Shown here one piece after another: positions 1 to 10,192 of a stretch of DNA of 64,000 nt. The stretch is from an uncultured Gemmatimonadales bacterium (lineage in GTDB: Bacteria; Gemmatimonadota; Gemmatimonadetes; Gemmatimonadales; GWC2-71-9), in contig CAVROI010000002.1 in NCBI GenBank assembly GCA_963722825.1, forward strand, positions 634,463 to 698,462, written 5' to 3'. Within the stretch, counting starts at the first letter, position 1; the number at the start of each line of letters is the position of its first letter. Under the pieces are notes generated by a model. It ran no database searches. It worked only from the letters and a program-made list of their open reading frames with translations, and had not been told where the DNA came from. The position numbers and the translations under genes are program-made.

Positions 1-1460
1 TAGCGCTTGATCCGCGCGAACCGGAGCGCCACACCGCCCGGGTACTGTGGACTCGTCTGCACGTCGTTGAACGCGACCTCAACCACCAGCTCTGGCCGGA
101 CGTAGACGGTGTAGGCATCACGCGCCGCCTCGAGCTCGAGCAGCCTCGCGGTTTGCCAAGCCAGTATTTCGTCGGTCATGCCCTTGAACGTCTTTCCCAG
201 CATTACGAAACCGCCGCCCGCCGGGTTCCGTGCGCCGAGGTGCAGGTTGCTGAGCCACCCCTTCCGCCGCCCGTGGCCCCACTCGGCCGCCAGCACCACA
301 AGGTCGAGTGTCCTGGCCGGCTTGATCTTGAGCCAGCGGCGGCCCCGGCGGCCCGCCTCGTACGCGGCGTCCAGCGCCTTGGCCATGATTCCTTCGTGAC
401 CCCGCTCCAGGGCCCGTGCGAGGAAATCGGCGGCCTCTGGCTGCGAGGACGTAATCAGCCGGGGGATCACGAGCGGCGCAGGAACGACGCCGGCGAGCGT
501 CTCGAACCGGCGACGGTATGGTTCGTCGAGCAGCGGGGTCCCGTCGAGATAGAGGAGATCGAAGAGCACCGGGGTGACCGCCAGCGTCTGTCGCGCCCGC
601 TCGACCTCGAGCCGACGGCCAAATCTTGTCATCGTGGTCTGGAACGGATGCGGCCTGCCGTCGTCGCGAAGGGCGAGCACTTCTCCCTCGAGGATGATCT
701 CCCGCGGCTGGAGCGCCCGCGCCATCTCGACCACTTCAGGCACCGCCGCGGTGACGTCGTTGAGGGCGCGGGAATAGACCCGGACGTCGTCGCCGCACTT
801 GTGGATCTGCACTCGCGCCCCGTCGAGCTTCCACTCGAGCGCGGCTTCGCCGAGCTCGGCGAGTGCCTGCGTCTCGTCATCCGCGGAGCCGGCCAGCATC
901 GGCTGCACCGGGCGGAACAGCTGGATGGAGAAGCGCGCGAGCCCCGCCTCGCCTTCCACCATCGCCGCCCGCGCCACCAGCGGTAGATTTCCCGCCATCA
1001 TCACCGCTCGGCGCAGGCTCTCCACGGCAAGCCCCGCCGACCTGGCGACGGCGTCGGTCACGACTCCCTCGAGAGCGCCCTGGCGCACCTCACCTGTGAC
1101 GAGGCCGAAGAGAAAGCGTTGCTCGTCACGAGTGAGGCGCGAGAGGAGTCCTCTCACCAGTCGGCGCTTCTCCGCGGCCGCGCCTTTGCCGCTCGTTCCC
1201 GCCACCTGGCCGAACACCGAGTCGACCTCCGACAGGTCGGCCTCAGGCTCGCTCGCCGCCGAGTCTCCGGCCGCGTCGCGGAGGGCGGCGTAGCCGACGC
1301 CAAGCCGCTGTGGGACGATGCCACAGAGATAGGAGGTGGCGATCTCGATCTCGCCGGGTGGGGTGCGGGAGAGCAGATCGGCGAGCAGCCCAACCTTGTC
1401 GCGGCGGCTGCCGGTTTCGGCGACACGGCGGGAAGTCTCGACCAGGAGACCGAACTTCAT
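1..1460 (-). CDS. ATP-dependent DNA ligase (5' end complete; C-terminus runs off the window start)
   Basis: Absent from the ORF track because no stop lies inside the window. Manual translation from the ATG at 1460 gives MKFGLLVETSRRVAETGSRRDKV... and stays open to base 1. The adenylation motif I (KxDG) reads EWKLDGARVQIH around nt 800-845. The frame was checked at two internal points. Confidence 0.85.
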   Translation of the reverse strand, partial: MKFGLLVETSRRVAETGSRRDKVGLLADLLSRTPPGEIEIATSYLCGIVPQRLGVGYAALRDAAGDSAASEPEADLSEVDSVFGQVAGTSGKGAAAEKRRLVRGLLSRLTRDEQRFLFGLVTGEVRQGALEGVVTDAVARSAGLAVESLRRAVMMAGNLPLVARAAMVEGEAGLARFSIQLFRPVQPMLAGSADDETQALAELGEAALEWKLDGARVQIHKCGDDVRVYSRALNDVTAAVPEVVEMARALQPREIILEGEVLALRDDGRPHPFQTTMTRFGRRLEVERARQTLAVTPVLFDLLYLDGTPLLDEPYRRRFETLAGVVPAPLVIPRLITSSQPEAADFLARALERGHEGIMAKALDAAYEAGRRGRRWLKIKPARTLDLVVLAAEWGHGRRKGWLSNLHLGARNPAGGGFVMLGKTFKGMTDEILAWQTARLLELEAARDAYTVYVRPELVVEVAFNDVQTSPQYPGGVALRFARIKR

Positions 1461-1537
1461 TCAGACGGCCGGAGGCTGTAGGCTGAAGACCAAGAGAGTG
1501 CGCTCACACTGGTGCGAGGACTGGCAAGGATGATCCG

Positions 1538-2320
1538 ATGATAGGCGCATTCTTCTGGAATCGCGAAACCACCCGGGCCATCGACCGGATGGCCGAGCAG
1601 TCGGCTCGGGCCGAGATTCCGCCGAGCGGCTTTACTCGTGAGATGCTCGGTGGACTCCCCGCTCCCGTCGCGCGGTACTTCGACCTGGCCATCACCCAGG
1701 GCCGCCAGCTCGTCCGGCGGGCCAGACTCGGCCAGGGCGGCGAGTTCAGCACCAGGCCCGGTGTCTGGAAGCCGTTCACGGCCATCGAGCATTTCTCGGT
1801 GCATCCTCCGGGATTCGTCTGGGACGCGACCATCCGCACGTCGGCCCTGCTCCCCGTTCGGGTTCGTGACGGCTATCTCGCCGGCCAGGGCTCGACGCGG
1901 GCGGCGATTGCCGGCCTGGTGCCGGTGGTGGACCTGCGCGGCACCCCGGAAATGGCGGCCGGCGCGCTGGTCCGCTATCTCGCCGAGGCGGTCTGGCTGC
2001 CGACGGCACTGCTTCCGTGCGAGGGCGTCCGCTGGACACCGATCGACGAAACCAGTGCGCGTGCCGCGCTCACCGACGGCGCGGTCTCGGTCCACGTCGA
2101 TGTGCATTTCGGCGGCAAGGGCGAGATCGAGTCGGTGTCCACCTTCCGGCACCGTGATGTGAAGGGGACGCCGGTGCTCACACCGTGGCACGGGCGGTTC
2201 AACGGCTACGACCGGAAGGACGGAATGTTGATTCCCGTGCGGGGCGAGGTCGAATGGCTCGTGGACGGCAAGCGCCTCCCTTATTGGCGGGGGGAGATCA
2301 TCGAGGCATCCTATTCTTGA
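1538..2320 (+). CDS. conserved hypothetical protein (260 aa)
   Basis: Track ORF with protein-like composition (MIGAFFWNRETTRAIDRMAEQ...WRGEIIEASYS), unlike the R/P/S-rich overlapping shadow ORFs. No motif recognised. Confidence 0.6.
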   Translation: MIGAFFWNRETTRAIDRMAEQSARAEIPPSGFTREMLGGLPAPVARYFDLAITQGRQLVRRARLGQGGEFSTRPGVWKPFTAIEHFSVHPPGFVWDATIRTSALLPVRVRDGYLAGQGSTRAAIAGLVPVVDLRGTPEMAAGALVRYLAEAVWLPTALLPCEGVRWTPIDETSARAALTDGAVSVHVDVHFGGKGEIESVSTFRHRDVKGTPVLTPWHGRFNGYDRKDGMLIPVRGEVEWLVDGKRLPYWRGEIIEASYS

Positions 2321-2324
2321 CAAC

Positions 2325-3317
2325 CTATTTCTTCGTTCGTGTCCTTCGTACCGGCCGTGGCCGGTACACCAGCACCGGTCGGTCCGAAGCGCGGACCACC
2401 TTGTCGGCGACGCTGCCCAGGAAGGCGCGGCGGAGGCCGCCGTGCCCGTGCGTGGCCACCGCCACCATGCCGACGGCGGGGTCGCGGGCCAGGTCGAGAA
2501 TTCCGGAAACGACACTGGCCGTCAGGCCCACCGCGCTCGTCACCCGGAGCCCGTCCAAGCGGAGCCTGGCGGCCACATTGTCGAGATGGTCCTGCGCCTG
2601 CTCCTCCAGCAGCGCGGTGACCCGCGCGTCGTAGCCCATGAGCCCCGGCGGGAAATCGCTGGGCAGCTCGACCGGAACGACGAGCCGGATAAGACTCAGC
2701 TCCGCGCCGAGCAGTCGCGCCATGGCGGCCGCGGGCGGGAGAATCTGCTCCGAGAGCGGCGACCCGTCGAGGGGTACGAGGATCCGGGAAATCTCGAGGC
2801 CGGCGGCCGCCGGCGCTCCCTCCACGGGGCGGACGAGGAGAATGGGCACGTCTACGGTGCGGACCAGCGCATCTGCTACGCTGCCGAGCCACGCCCGTTC
2901 GAGCAATCCGCGTCCGTGCGTCGTCATGACGACGAGGTCGACCCCGGCCTGGTCTATGTGCTCGCGCAATGTCGGGGCGATCGGGCCGTCGAGAGTCACG
3001 GCCGTGACCCTCGTTCCGGTGAGGTCCTTCACTCGTTTGGCAACAAGTTGGAGATAGCCTCGCTCGGCCTTCAGCGTCGCGAGCCGGGCTTCGGTGGATG
3101 AGCCGTCAGCGCGCGCCTTCCCGGTGGGGAAACGTTGATGGACCAGCACGAGCCGGACGCTCGCCCGGGCTGCTTGGGCGATCTCGATGGCGATCGGGAG
3201 GGCCTGTTCCGCGAATGTCGAGCCGTCGAGTGGGACCAGGAGCGAGCGAAAAACCGTCGTGGCAGGCAAGAACGAACTCCCGAGTGAAGATACGGCGAAC
3301 ACTACGCCCCGCTTCAT
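2325..3317 (-). CDS. tandem universal stress protein (2x UspA domain)
   Basis: Two repeats of the USP pattern: LVPLDGS...A...A and VMTTHGRGLLERAWLGSVADALVR / AVATHGHGGLRRAFLGSVADKVVR. The likely start is the internal ATG at 3317 (MKRGVV...); the track ORF extends to 3446. Confidence 0.8.
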   Translation of the reverse strand: MKRGVVFAVSSLGSSFLPATTVFRSLLVPLDGSTFAEQALPIAIEIAQAARASVRLVLVHQRFPTGKARADGSSTEARLATLKAERGYLQLVAKRVKDLTGTRVTAVTLDGPIAPTLREHIDQAGVDLVVMTTHGRGLLERAWLGSVADALVRTVDVPILLVRPVEGAPAAAGLEISRILVPLDGSPLSEQILPPAAAMARLLGAELSLIRLVVPVELPSDFPPGLMGYDARVTALLEEQAQDHLDNVAARLRLDGLRVTSAVGLTASVVSGILDLARDPAVGMVAVATHGHGGLRRAFLGSVADKVVRASDRPVLVYRPRPVRRTRTKK

Positions 3318-3397
3318 GAAGGAAGCATGAAGAGGCCGGTAAAGACCATTTCCCCTCTCCTTCACGCCGGCTTTACTTCTCAGGCGCATCTTTCGTC

Positions 3398-5296
3398 TTG
3401 GGCACTCGTGTCTGGAGACACTCCGAAGGAGGTCGGCTTGCAGCATCGGATCGAGGCCCGGAAGGTGCCATGACTCGCCGGCGCACGCTCGAGCTTCCCG
3501 CCATCACACTCATCGCGATTCTCGTCGGACTCTCGGTCCGGCTCGCCGGTGACGCGCTGGCGGCGACGATCGCCTGGACCGTTGGGCTCCTCGTCACCGG
3601 TCTGCCGGTGGCGGTCTGGACCTTCCGGAACGCGCTGCGCGGGAAATTCGCCGCCGATCTCGTCGCCGCGCTCGCCATCGTCGGTGCGCTCCTGCTGGCG
3701 CAGCCGCTCGCCGGGCTCGTCGTCGTCCTCATGCAGACCGGCGGTGAGGCGCTCGAGGCGTACGCGGAGGGGAAGGCCTCACGGGCGGTGCGCGAACTGG
3801 AAGCGGCCGCGCCGCGCCAGGCGCACCGGGTGGTGGATGGAGAGGTGGAGGATATCCTCGTCGAGGCGATCGTCGTGGGCGATCTGCTGCTGGTACGGCC
3901 GGGCGAGATGCTGCCGTGCGACGTGGAGGTGGTGAGTGGAAAGAGCGAAGTCGACACGTCCCGTCTCACCGGAGAGCCGCTGCCGGTCAGGGCCGAGCCA
4001 CTCGTACGGTTTCCCAGTGGCAGCGTCAACGGACAGGGGGCGCTCAGGGTGCGCGCCCTCGCCATCGCCGGCGAGAGCCAGTACGCCCGCATCGTGGACC
4101 TGGTCCGTTCGGCGCAAGCGAGCAAGACGCCACTCCAGCGCCTGGCCGACCGCTACGCGGCGTGGTTCACGCCGCTCACACTCGTCGTATGCGGCGCCGC
4201 CTGGCTGGTGTCGCGGGATCCGACGCGGGTCCTGGCGATCCTGGTCGTCGCCACGCCGTGCCCGCTCATCCTGGCTACGCCGATCGCCGTGGTCGGCGGC
4301 ATCAACCGCGCCGCGCGCCGCCAGATCATCTTTCGCCATGGCGGCGCGCTCGAGCAACTCGGCACCGTCACCGTCGGTGTCTTCGACAAGACCGGCACCC
4401 TGACGATCGGCCGGCCCGAGGTGGCTCGAGTGATCCCGCTCGAGCCCTTCACCGAGGATGACATCTTGCGGCTCGCCGGCGCGGTAGAACAGGGATCGGG
4501 GCATCTCCTCGCCCGCACCCTGGTTGCGGCGGCGCAGAGGCGTGACGTGAGCCTCCCCGAAGGCCGGCACATCGTGGACACCCCGGGGCAGGGGGTCGAG
4601 GGAGAGGTGGGCGAGCGCTCCGTGGCGGTCGGCGGCTGGTCGTTCATCGTGGATCATCACCCGTCGGCGGAGAAGGACTTCGCGGGCATCGCGGGCAATG
4701 GGCCGGGCGTGCGTGCCTACGTCGCGGTGGAGGGTCGTGGGGCGGGCGTCGTCGAATACGCCGACGCGATCCGGCCCGCGCTGCCCCAATTTCTCCGGCA
4801 GCTGCATCACTTCGGCGTACGGCGGATCATTCTCCTCTCGGGTGACAACCAGCGGAATGCCGACGCCGTCGCCAGGGCGGTCGGGATCGACGAAGCCAAG
4901 GGCGATCTCCTCCCGGGGGAGAAGCTGGCGTGGGTGCAGACGCTGGTGAAACGCGGCGAGCGCGTGCTCATGGTGGGCGACGGGACCAACGACGCGCCGG
5001 CACTCAGCAGCGCGACCGTCGGCGTGGCCCTGGCGGCTCATGGTGGCGGGGTCACCGCCGAGGCGGCGGATGCCGTCATTCTGGCGGATGATCCGGCCCG
5101 AGTGGCGGAGGCCATCGCCATCAGCCGGGACACGATGCGTATCGCACGGCAGAGCATCTGGGTTGGACTCGGATTCAGCGCCGTGGCGATGGGGTTCGCC
5201 GCGGCGGGCTACGTGCCGCCGGTGATCGGGGCGGCGCTCCAGGAGGTCATCGACGTAGCGGTGATCCTCAATGCGCTTCGGGCGGCCCGGGGGTAA
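3398..5296 (+). CDS. heavy-metal translocating P-type ATPase (P1B, short form without an N-terminal metal-binding domain)
   Basis: Motifs seen: DKTGTLT (VGVFDKTGTLTIGRP), GDGTNDAPAL, TGE actuator motif (LTGEPLPV), and the transmembrane motif ATPCPLILATP (a PCP variant of CPx). The start is uncertain; an alternative is M at ~3470. Confidence 0.9.
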   Translation: MGTRVWRHSEGGRLAASDRGPEGAMTRRRTLELPAITLIAILVGLSVRLAGDALAATIAWTVGLLVTGLPVAVWTFRNALRGKFAADLVAALAIVGALLLAQPLAGLVVVLMQTGGEALEAYAEGKASRAVRELEAAAPRQAHRVVDGEVEDILVEAIVVGDLLLVRPGEMLPCDVEVVSGKSEVDTSRLTGEPLPVRAEPLVRFPSGSVNGQGALRVRALAIAGESQYARIVDLVRSAQASKTPLQRLADRYAAWFTPLTLVVCGAAWLVSRDPTRVLAILVVATPCPLILATPIAVVGGINRAARRQIIFRHGGALEQLGTVTVGVFDKTGTLTIGRPEVARVIPLEPFTEDDILRLAGAVEQGSGHLLARTLVAAAQRRDVSLPEGRHIVDTPGQGVEGEVGERSVAVGGWSFIVDHHPSAEKDFAGIAGNGPGVRAYVAVEGRGAGVVEYADAIRPALPQFLRQLHHFGVRRIILLSGDNQRNADAVARAVGIDEAKGDLLPGEKLAWVQTLVKRGERVLMVGDGTNDAPALSSATVGVALAAHGGGVTAEAADAVILADDPARVAEAIAISRDTMRIARQSIWVGLGFSAVAMGFAAAGYVPPVIGAALQEVIDVAVILNALRAARG

Positions 5297-6743
5297 GCAG
5301 GAGTTGCACGGCGTCGCCCCGACCTATCTCCTCTCCCGCTGGCTCTTTCTGCGGCTGCTTGGCGTCGTCTATCTCATCGCCTTCGCCTCGATCGCGATGC
5401 AGATCACCGGTCTGGTGGGAGAGCACGGGATTCTCCCGGCCGGAGCGTATCTCGCGTGGACCCGGTCCGCGTACGGGTCGGACGCCTACAGGATATTGCC
5501 CACTCTCTTCTGGTTTGGCGCAGGCGACGTCGCGCTCCGTGGTGTGGCGTGGACCGGCGTCGGCCTCGCGATCCTACTGATTTTCGGAATCGCGCCGTGG
5601 GCGTCCCTCCTTCTCTTGTGGGCGCTCTACCTCTCGATCTCGGTGGTTGGACAGGACTTCCTGTCATTCCAATGGGACGTGTTGCTGCTCGAGACGGGGC
5701 TGATCGCCACGCTGTGGGCGCCTCTCCAGTGGCGGCCTCGGTGGCAGGAGCCCCCGCCGTCGCCCGCGGTCCGATGGCTGTTGGTCTTCCTGCTGTTCAA
5801 GCTCGTCTTCCTGTCGGGCGCCACCAAGCTGTCGAGCGGCGATCCAACCTGGCGGTCGGGCACCGCCCTGGACTACCACTTCGAAACCCAACCGCTGCCG
5901 GCCTGGACCGCGTGGTACGCGCACCACCTGCCCGAGATGATCCACCGCGTGATGACGTACGGCTCGCTGGCCACCGAGCTGTTCGTGCCCTGCTTGCTGT
6001 TCCTGCCGCAGCGGTTCCGCCGTGCCAGGCTGTTCGCGTTGATCGCGCTGGCCGGGCTCCAGGTCTCCATCGCCGCCACCGGCAACTATGGCTTCTTCAA
6101 CCTTCTCGCCATCGTACTCTGCATTCCGTCGCTCGACGACGCGGCTCTGCGCCGGGTGATCCCATTGCCCCTCACTGCTCGGAGCGGGGTTGGTGGGCCC
6201 CGTCTCGGCATGGTGGCTGCGATCGCCGTCGTGTTCTTCGTGCCGAGTCTGTTGAGCGGCATACGCGAGCTTTCGTACGCCGCGCCATTCGGGAGCACCA
6301 TTCTTGGCGTGGTTGATCCGCTTCGCTCCTTCAACGGCTACGGGCTCTTCCGCGTGATGACGACCGAGCGCCTCGAGATCGTATTCGAAGGCAGCCGGGA
6401 CGGGGAGCGCTGGAAGGAGTACGAGTTTCGCTTCAAGCCTGGAGACATTCGCCGAAAGCCGGGATTCGTGGCCCCATACCATCCCAGACTCGACTGGCAG
6501 ATGTGGTTCATGGCTCTCGACCCGGCCGGCAATGGTGCGCTGCTGGACGCCCTGGCAGATCGCCTGAGGGAAGGAACGCCGGAGGTGCTTGCCCTTCTGG
6601 GCCCCACGCCGTTCCCGGGATCGCCCCCAAAGTTCCTGCGGGCCATCATTTATGAGTATCGCTTCTCGTCGCCCGATCAACGGAAGCAGACCGGGGCCTG
6701 GTGGACCCGTTCGCCCGTTGCCAAGGTGCCGCTCGGCCCCTAG
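5271..6743 (+). CDS. lipase maturation factor (LMF1/DUF1222)-family polytopic membrane protein
   Basis: 490-aa ORF with many hydrophobic helices. The N-terminal pattern YLLSRWLFLRLLGVVYLIAFASIAMQITGLVGEHGILP and the C-terminal PYHPRLDWQMWF are recalled as typical of the LMF family. The start overlaps the ATPase end and is uncertain. Confidence 0.7.
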   Translation: MRFGRPGGKQELHGVAPTYLLSRWLFLRLLGVVYLIAFASIAMQITGLVGEHGILPAGAYLAWTRSAYGSDAYRILPTLFWFGAGDVALRGVAWTGVGLAILLIFGIAPWASLLLLWALYLSISVVGQDFLSFQWDVLLLETGLIATLWAPLQWRPRWQEPPPSPAVRWLLVFLLFKLVFLSGATKLSSGDPTWRSGTALDYHFETQPLPAWTAWYAHHLPEMIHRVMTYGSLATELFVPCLLFLPQRFRRARLFALIALAGLQVSIAATGNYGFFNLLAIVLCIPSLDDAALRRVIPLPLTARSGVGGPRLGMVAAIAVVFFVPSLLSGIRELSYAAPFGSTILGVVDPLRSFNGYGLFRVMTTERLEIVFEGSRDGERWKEYEFRFKPGDIRRKPGFVAPYHPRLDWQMWFMALDPAGNGALLDALADRLREGTPEVLALLGPTPFPGSPPKFLRAIIYEYRFSSPDQRKQTGAWWTRSPVAKVPLGP

Positions 6744-6801
6744 GGATCCATTTTATCTTTCCAGTCGTTCTGTGGGTGTCCCCGTACTGGAGCGTTTCCT
6801 G

Positions 6802-7485
6802 ATGCGCCGTTCGATCCTCGGATTCACTGGCTTGGCCGTCACCGGCGTCCTCGCCGTTCTGGCACTCGGTACCCATATGGCGGGGGCATCCCCGCGTCCG
6901 GCATCTGCTCGCGGCGAAAATCCCCGACCCACAGCGCTGCAACGGGTTGCGATCTTTGCCGGGGGCTGCTTCTGGTCGATGCAGAAGGCCTTCGACGGCG
7001 TTGCCGGCGTGGTGAGCACGACGGCCGGATATGCCGGCGGCAAGCGGGCGAACCCGACCTACGAGCAGGTGGAAGAGGCGAACACCGGGCACGCTGAATC
7101 GGTGAAGGTGATCTACGATCCCGACAAGATCACCTACGAGAAGCTTCTCGATATCTACTGGCATCACATCGATCCGCTCACGCCGAACGCCGCATTCTGC
7201 GATCACGGTCCCCAGTACCGCTCGATCATCTTCTACGGCGACAGCGCGCAGCGGCGGACCGCGGAGGCATCGAAGAAGGCCCTCGACGAATCGCATCGCT
7301 TTCCGACGCCGATCGTCACCGCCATCGAGCCGGCCACGCCATTCTATCCGGCGGAGGAGTACCACCAGCAGTTCTATAAGAAGAACCCGGCACACTACGA
7401 GGCGTACCGTATCGGATGCCGGCGAGACGAGCGGACCCGCCAGCTCTGGGGCGAGGTCGCGATGACGAAGGAGTCGGCGAAATGA
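6802..7485 (+). CDS. msrA: peptide-methionine (S)-S-oxide reductase MsrA with N-terminal signal peptide
   Basis: The catalytic GGCFWS motif is present ([14 protein letters not shown]), and a hydrophobic signal-like N-terminus ([23 protein letters not shown]). The in-frame ATG at 6802 was chosen over the longer track ORF (6589). Confidence 0.9.
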   Translation: MRRSILGFTGLAVTGVLAVLALGTHMAGASPRPASARGENPRPTALQRVAIFAGGCFWSMQKAFDGVAGVVSTTAGYAGGKRANPTYEQVEEANTGHAESVKVIYDPDKITYEKLLDIYWHHIDPLTPNAAFCDHGPQYRSIIFYGDSAQRRTAEASKKALDESHRFPTPIVTAIEPATPFYPAEEYHQQFYKKNPAHYEAYRIGCRRDERTRQLWGEVAMTKESAK

Positions 7486-8030
7486 AGGCGATCAAGATTC
7501 TGGGAATTGCGCTGGCGGCCTTGCTGCTTTCAGGCGGGGCGGCGATGGCACAGACCCACAACACGGGATGGAACGCGATGACGTTCAAGAAGCCCTCGGA
7601 GGCGGAGCTCAAGCAGCGGCTCACTCCGGATCAATACGCGGTGACTCAGAAGGATGCCACCGAGCGTCCTTTCCATAACGCCTACTGGGACAATCATTCG
7701 GAGGGGATCTACGTGGACGTGGTCTCCGGCGAACCGCTGTTCAGCTCGCGCGACAAATACGAATCGGGCACGGGCTGGCCCAGCTTCGTCCGGCCGCTCG
7801 AGCCCGCCAACGTCCAGACCCACACCGACCGGACGCTCGGCATGGAGCGTACCGAAGTGCGGTCGGCCCATGCCGACTCCCATCTGGGGCATGTGTTCGA
7901 CGACGGCCCCAAGCCGACCGGTTTGCGCTACTGCATGAACTCCGCGGCGATGCGGTTCATTCCGGTGGATAAGCTCGAGGCGGAAGGGTATGGGCAGTAT
8001 CTCTCGTTGTTCAAGAAGGCCGGAACCTGA
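7482..8030 (+). CDS. msrB: peptide-methionine (R)-S-oxide reductase MsrB with N-terminal signal peptide
   Basis: SelR/MsrB signature GTGWPSF and the C-terminal RYCMNS catalytic Cys motif. Signal-like [23 protein letters not shown]. The ATG at 7482 overlaps the msrA stop (ATGA). Confidence 0.9.
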   Translation: MKAIKILGIALAALLLSGGAAMAQTHNTGWNAMTFKKPSEAELKQRLTPDQYAVTQKDATERPFHNAYWDNHSEGIYVDVVSGEPLFSSRDKYESGTGWPSFVRPLEPANVQTHTDRTLGMERTEVRSAHADSHLGHVFDDGPKPTGLRYCMNSAAMRFIPVDKLEAEGYGQYLSLFKKAGT

Positions 8031-8039
8031 GCCCGGACT

Positions 8040-8804
8040 TCAACGAGGTGGTGTTCGTGAAGCTCCCGTGAGCATCCGGCGGAGGAGAATCGCGTCCTCG
8101 ACGGCATGCCCCCCGAGGTCGTTGTTGAAATAAACGTACACGTCCTTTCCGGCCCTGGTCAGCGCGCGAAGACGCGCCGACCAGGGCCGAAGTCCTTCCT
8201 CGCCGAGAAAACCGGTATCCCGGACGCCACGATGCACGCGAATGTAGGTGAACGGCGCCGTGGTGACGAGATCCGCCTGAACGGTGCCGCCGACGGGGAT
8301 GCACAGGGCGACGCCACCCCGGGCGAGAGCGTCGTAGACCCCCGGCGTCTGCCAGCTCGGGTGCCTGAACTCGACGACCCATCGGTGGCTATCCGGCAGG
8401 ACGGAGAGGAACTGCTCCAGCCGGGTGAGATCCAGGTGGAGTGTCGGCGGGAGCTGCACGAGCAGCGGCCCGAGCTTGGGCCCGAGTCGAGAGGCGAGAT
8501 CGAGAAATTCGCGAACCGGTTCCTCGACCTGGTGGAGCCGGCGCACGTGGCTGACGACCCGGGTCATCTTCACGGCGAAGAGGAAGTCCTCGGGAGTCAC
8601 ATCCCGCCACCGCTCGAACGTTTCGGCAGTCGGCACCCGATAGAAGGGACTGTTGAGCTCGACCGTGCGGAAGTTGCCCGCATAGTAGGCGAGCTCGTCG
8701 CGCGCACGGAGGCCTTCGGGGTAGAAGACGCCCTTTCGCCAGTGGGGATAGACGTAGCCCGAGGTACCGATCCAGACGGTGGCCATCGCTCCTCTCGTCT
8801 GCAC
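8040..8804 (-). CDS. DUF72 (YecE-like) family protein, paralog 1
   Basis: N-terminal [18 protein letters not shown], then [17 protein letters not shown] and [10 protein letters not shown]. This pattern also occurs in the second copy at 36381-37100. Confidence 0.8.
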   Translation of the reverse strand: MQTRGAMATVWIGTSGYVYPHWRKGVFYPEGLRARDELAYYAGNFRTVELNSPFYRVPTAETFERWRDVTPEDFLFAVKMTRVVSHVRRLHQVEEPVREFLDLASRLGPKLGPLLVQLPPTLHLDLTRLEQFLSVLPDSHRWVVEFRHPSWQTPGVYDALARGGVALCIPVGGTVQADLVTTAPFTYIRVHRGVRDTGFLGEEGLRPWSARLRALTRAGKDVYVYFNNDLGGHAVEDAILLRRMLTGASRTPPR

Positions 8805-8854
8805 TTACCGCTCGCGCACGCCAGCGATGCGGGACTATTGCCCGGCAGCAGGCC

Positions 8855-10192
8855 GTGCCGCAAGTTGATGGGGACCTCAACCCGGCCCTCTCGTTGCCGC
8901 TCCGAACTCGCCTAGTCCTCGCCTTGCTTGCGGCGATTTCCTCGCCGCTCACCGCGCAACGTTCCGCCACGGCGGACTCCACCGCGACGCCCGTTCTGCT
9001 TCTCCCCGATGCGGTCTGGGACGGTATCGCCGAGACGCCCCATCGCGGCTGGGCGGTGGTGGTGCGGGGGTCCAGGATCGAGGCGGTCGGCCCGGCCGAC
9101 CGGATCGGCACAGGGGTGGCGACGCGAAAGGAGCTCAAGGGCACAACGCTCATTCCCGGTCTGATCGAAGGCCACTCGCACCTCTTCCTTCACCCATACA
9201 GCGAAACCCTCTGGGACGACCAGGTGCTCAAGGAGCCGCTGGCTCTCCGGATGGCCCGGGCAGTGGCGGCAGCCGCAGCAACGCTGCGCGCCGGCATCAC
9301 CACCGAGCGCGACCTCGGCACCGAGGGCGCCTTCGATTCGGACGTCCAGCTCCGGCGCGCGATCGCGGAAGGAATCGTCCCGGGACCGCGCCTCCTCGCC
9401 GTGACCCGTGCCATCGTCGCCACCGGAAGCTACGGGCCGCGGCGGTCCCGGTATGCCTTCGATCCGCCGCAGGGCGCGGAGGAGGCTACCGGCGCCGAGC
9501 AGATCGCCCGGGTGACCCGGAGCCAGATCGGTCACGGCGCCGACTGGGTCAAGGTCTACGCTGACTACAGCTGGGGGCCGGATGGCAAGGCTCGCCCGAC
9601 CTTTACGCTGGACGAGCTCAAGGTGCTCGTGGAGACTGCACACGGAAGCGGCCGGCCCGTCGCCGCCCACGCGACGACGGCCGAAGGAATGCGCCGCGCC
9701 ATCCTCGCAGGCGTGGAGACCATCGAGCACGGCGACGAGGGGACGCCCGAGGTGTTCCGGCTCATGCGGCAGCACGGGGCCACGCTCTGCCCGACCATCG
9801 CCGCCTCCGAGGCCTACGCGACGTACTTCGACGGATGGGTGAAAGGGAAGGGCGAGCTGCCGCCGGGCCTCGTCGCCAAGCGGGCCTCCTTCAAGGCGGC
9901 CCTCGCGGCGGGGGTCGACATCTGCTTCGGCGGGGACGTCGGAGTTTTCGCGCACGGCGACAACGTGCGCGAGCTCGAGGCCATGGTGGAATACGGCATG
10001 ACGCCGGTTGCCGCGCTCCGATCGGCCACCAGCGGCAACGCCAAGACCTTTCGTCTGGCCGACCAGGTGGGCCGGATCGCGCCGGGGCTGCTGGCCGATC
10101 TCGTCGCGGTGGAGGGAGACCCCACGCGGAACATCGGCGCCCTGCGCAAGATCAGGCTGGTGATGAAGGAAGGCGTGACCTATGGGCCTTGA
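8855..10192 (+). CDS. secreted amidohydrolase-family metallohydrolase
   Basis: Metal-binding HxH ([10 protein letters not shown]), later HAT...EHGD and a C-terminal DLV pattern typical of the amidohydrolase superfamily. N-terminal signal-like [15 protein letters not shown]. Confidence 0.75.
   Translation: MPQVDGDLNPALSLPLRTRLVLALLAAISSPLTAQRSATADSTATPVLLLPDAVWDGIAETPHRGWAVVVRGSRIEAVGPADRIGTGVATRKELKGTTLIPGLIEGHSHLFLHPYSETLWDDQVLKEPLALRMARAVAAAAATLRAGITTERDLGTEGAFDSDVQLRRAIAEGIVPGPRLLAVTRAIVATGSYGPRRSRYAFDPPQGAEEATGAEQIARVTRSQIGHGADWVKVYADYSWGPDGKARPTFTLDELKVLVETAHGSGRPVAAHATTAEGMRRAILAGVETIEHGDEGTPEVFRLMRQHGATLCPTIAASEAYATYFDGWVKGKGELPPGLVAKRASFKAALAAGVDICFGGDVGVFAHGDNVRELEAMVEYGMTPVAALRSATSGNAKTFRLADQVGRIAPGLLADLVAVEGDPTRNIGALRKIRLVMKEGVTYGP

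Noticed and set aside
153-1481. Several plus-strand ORFs (153-986, 799-1293, 1119-1481)
   Set aside because: They are antisense to the ATP-dependent ligase frame, which contains KxDG and is open from 1460 to the window edge.
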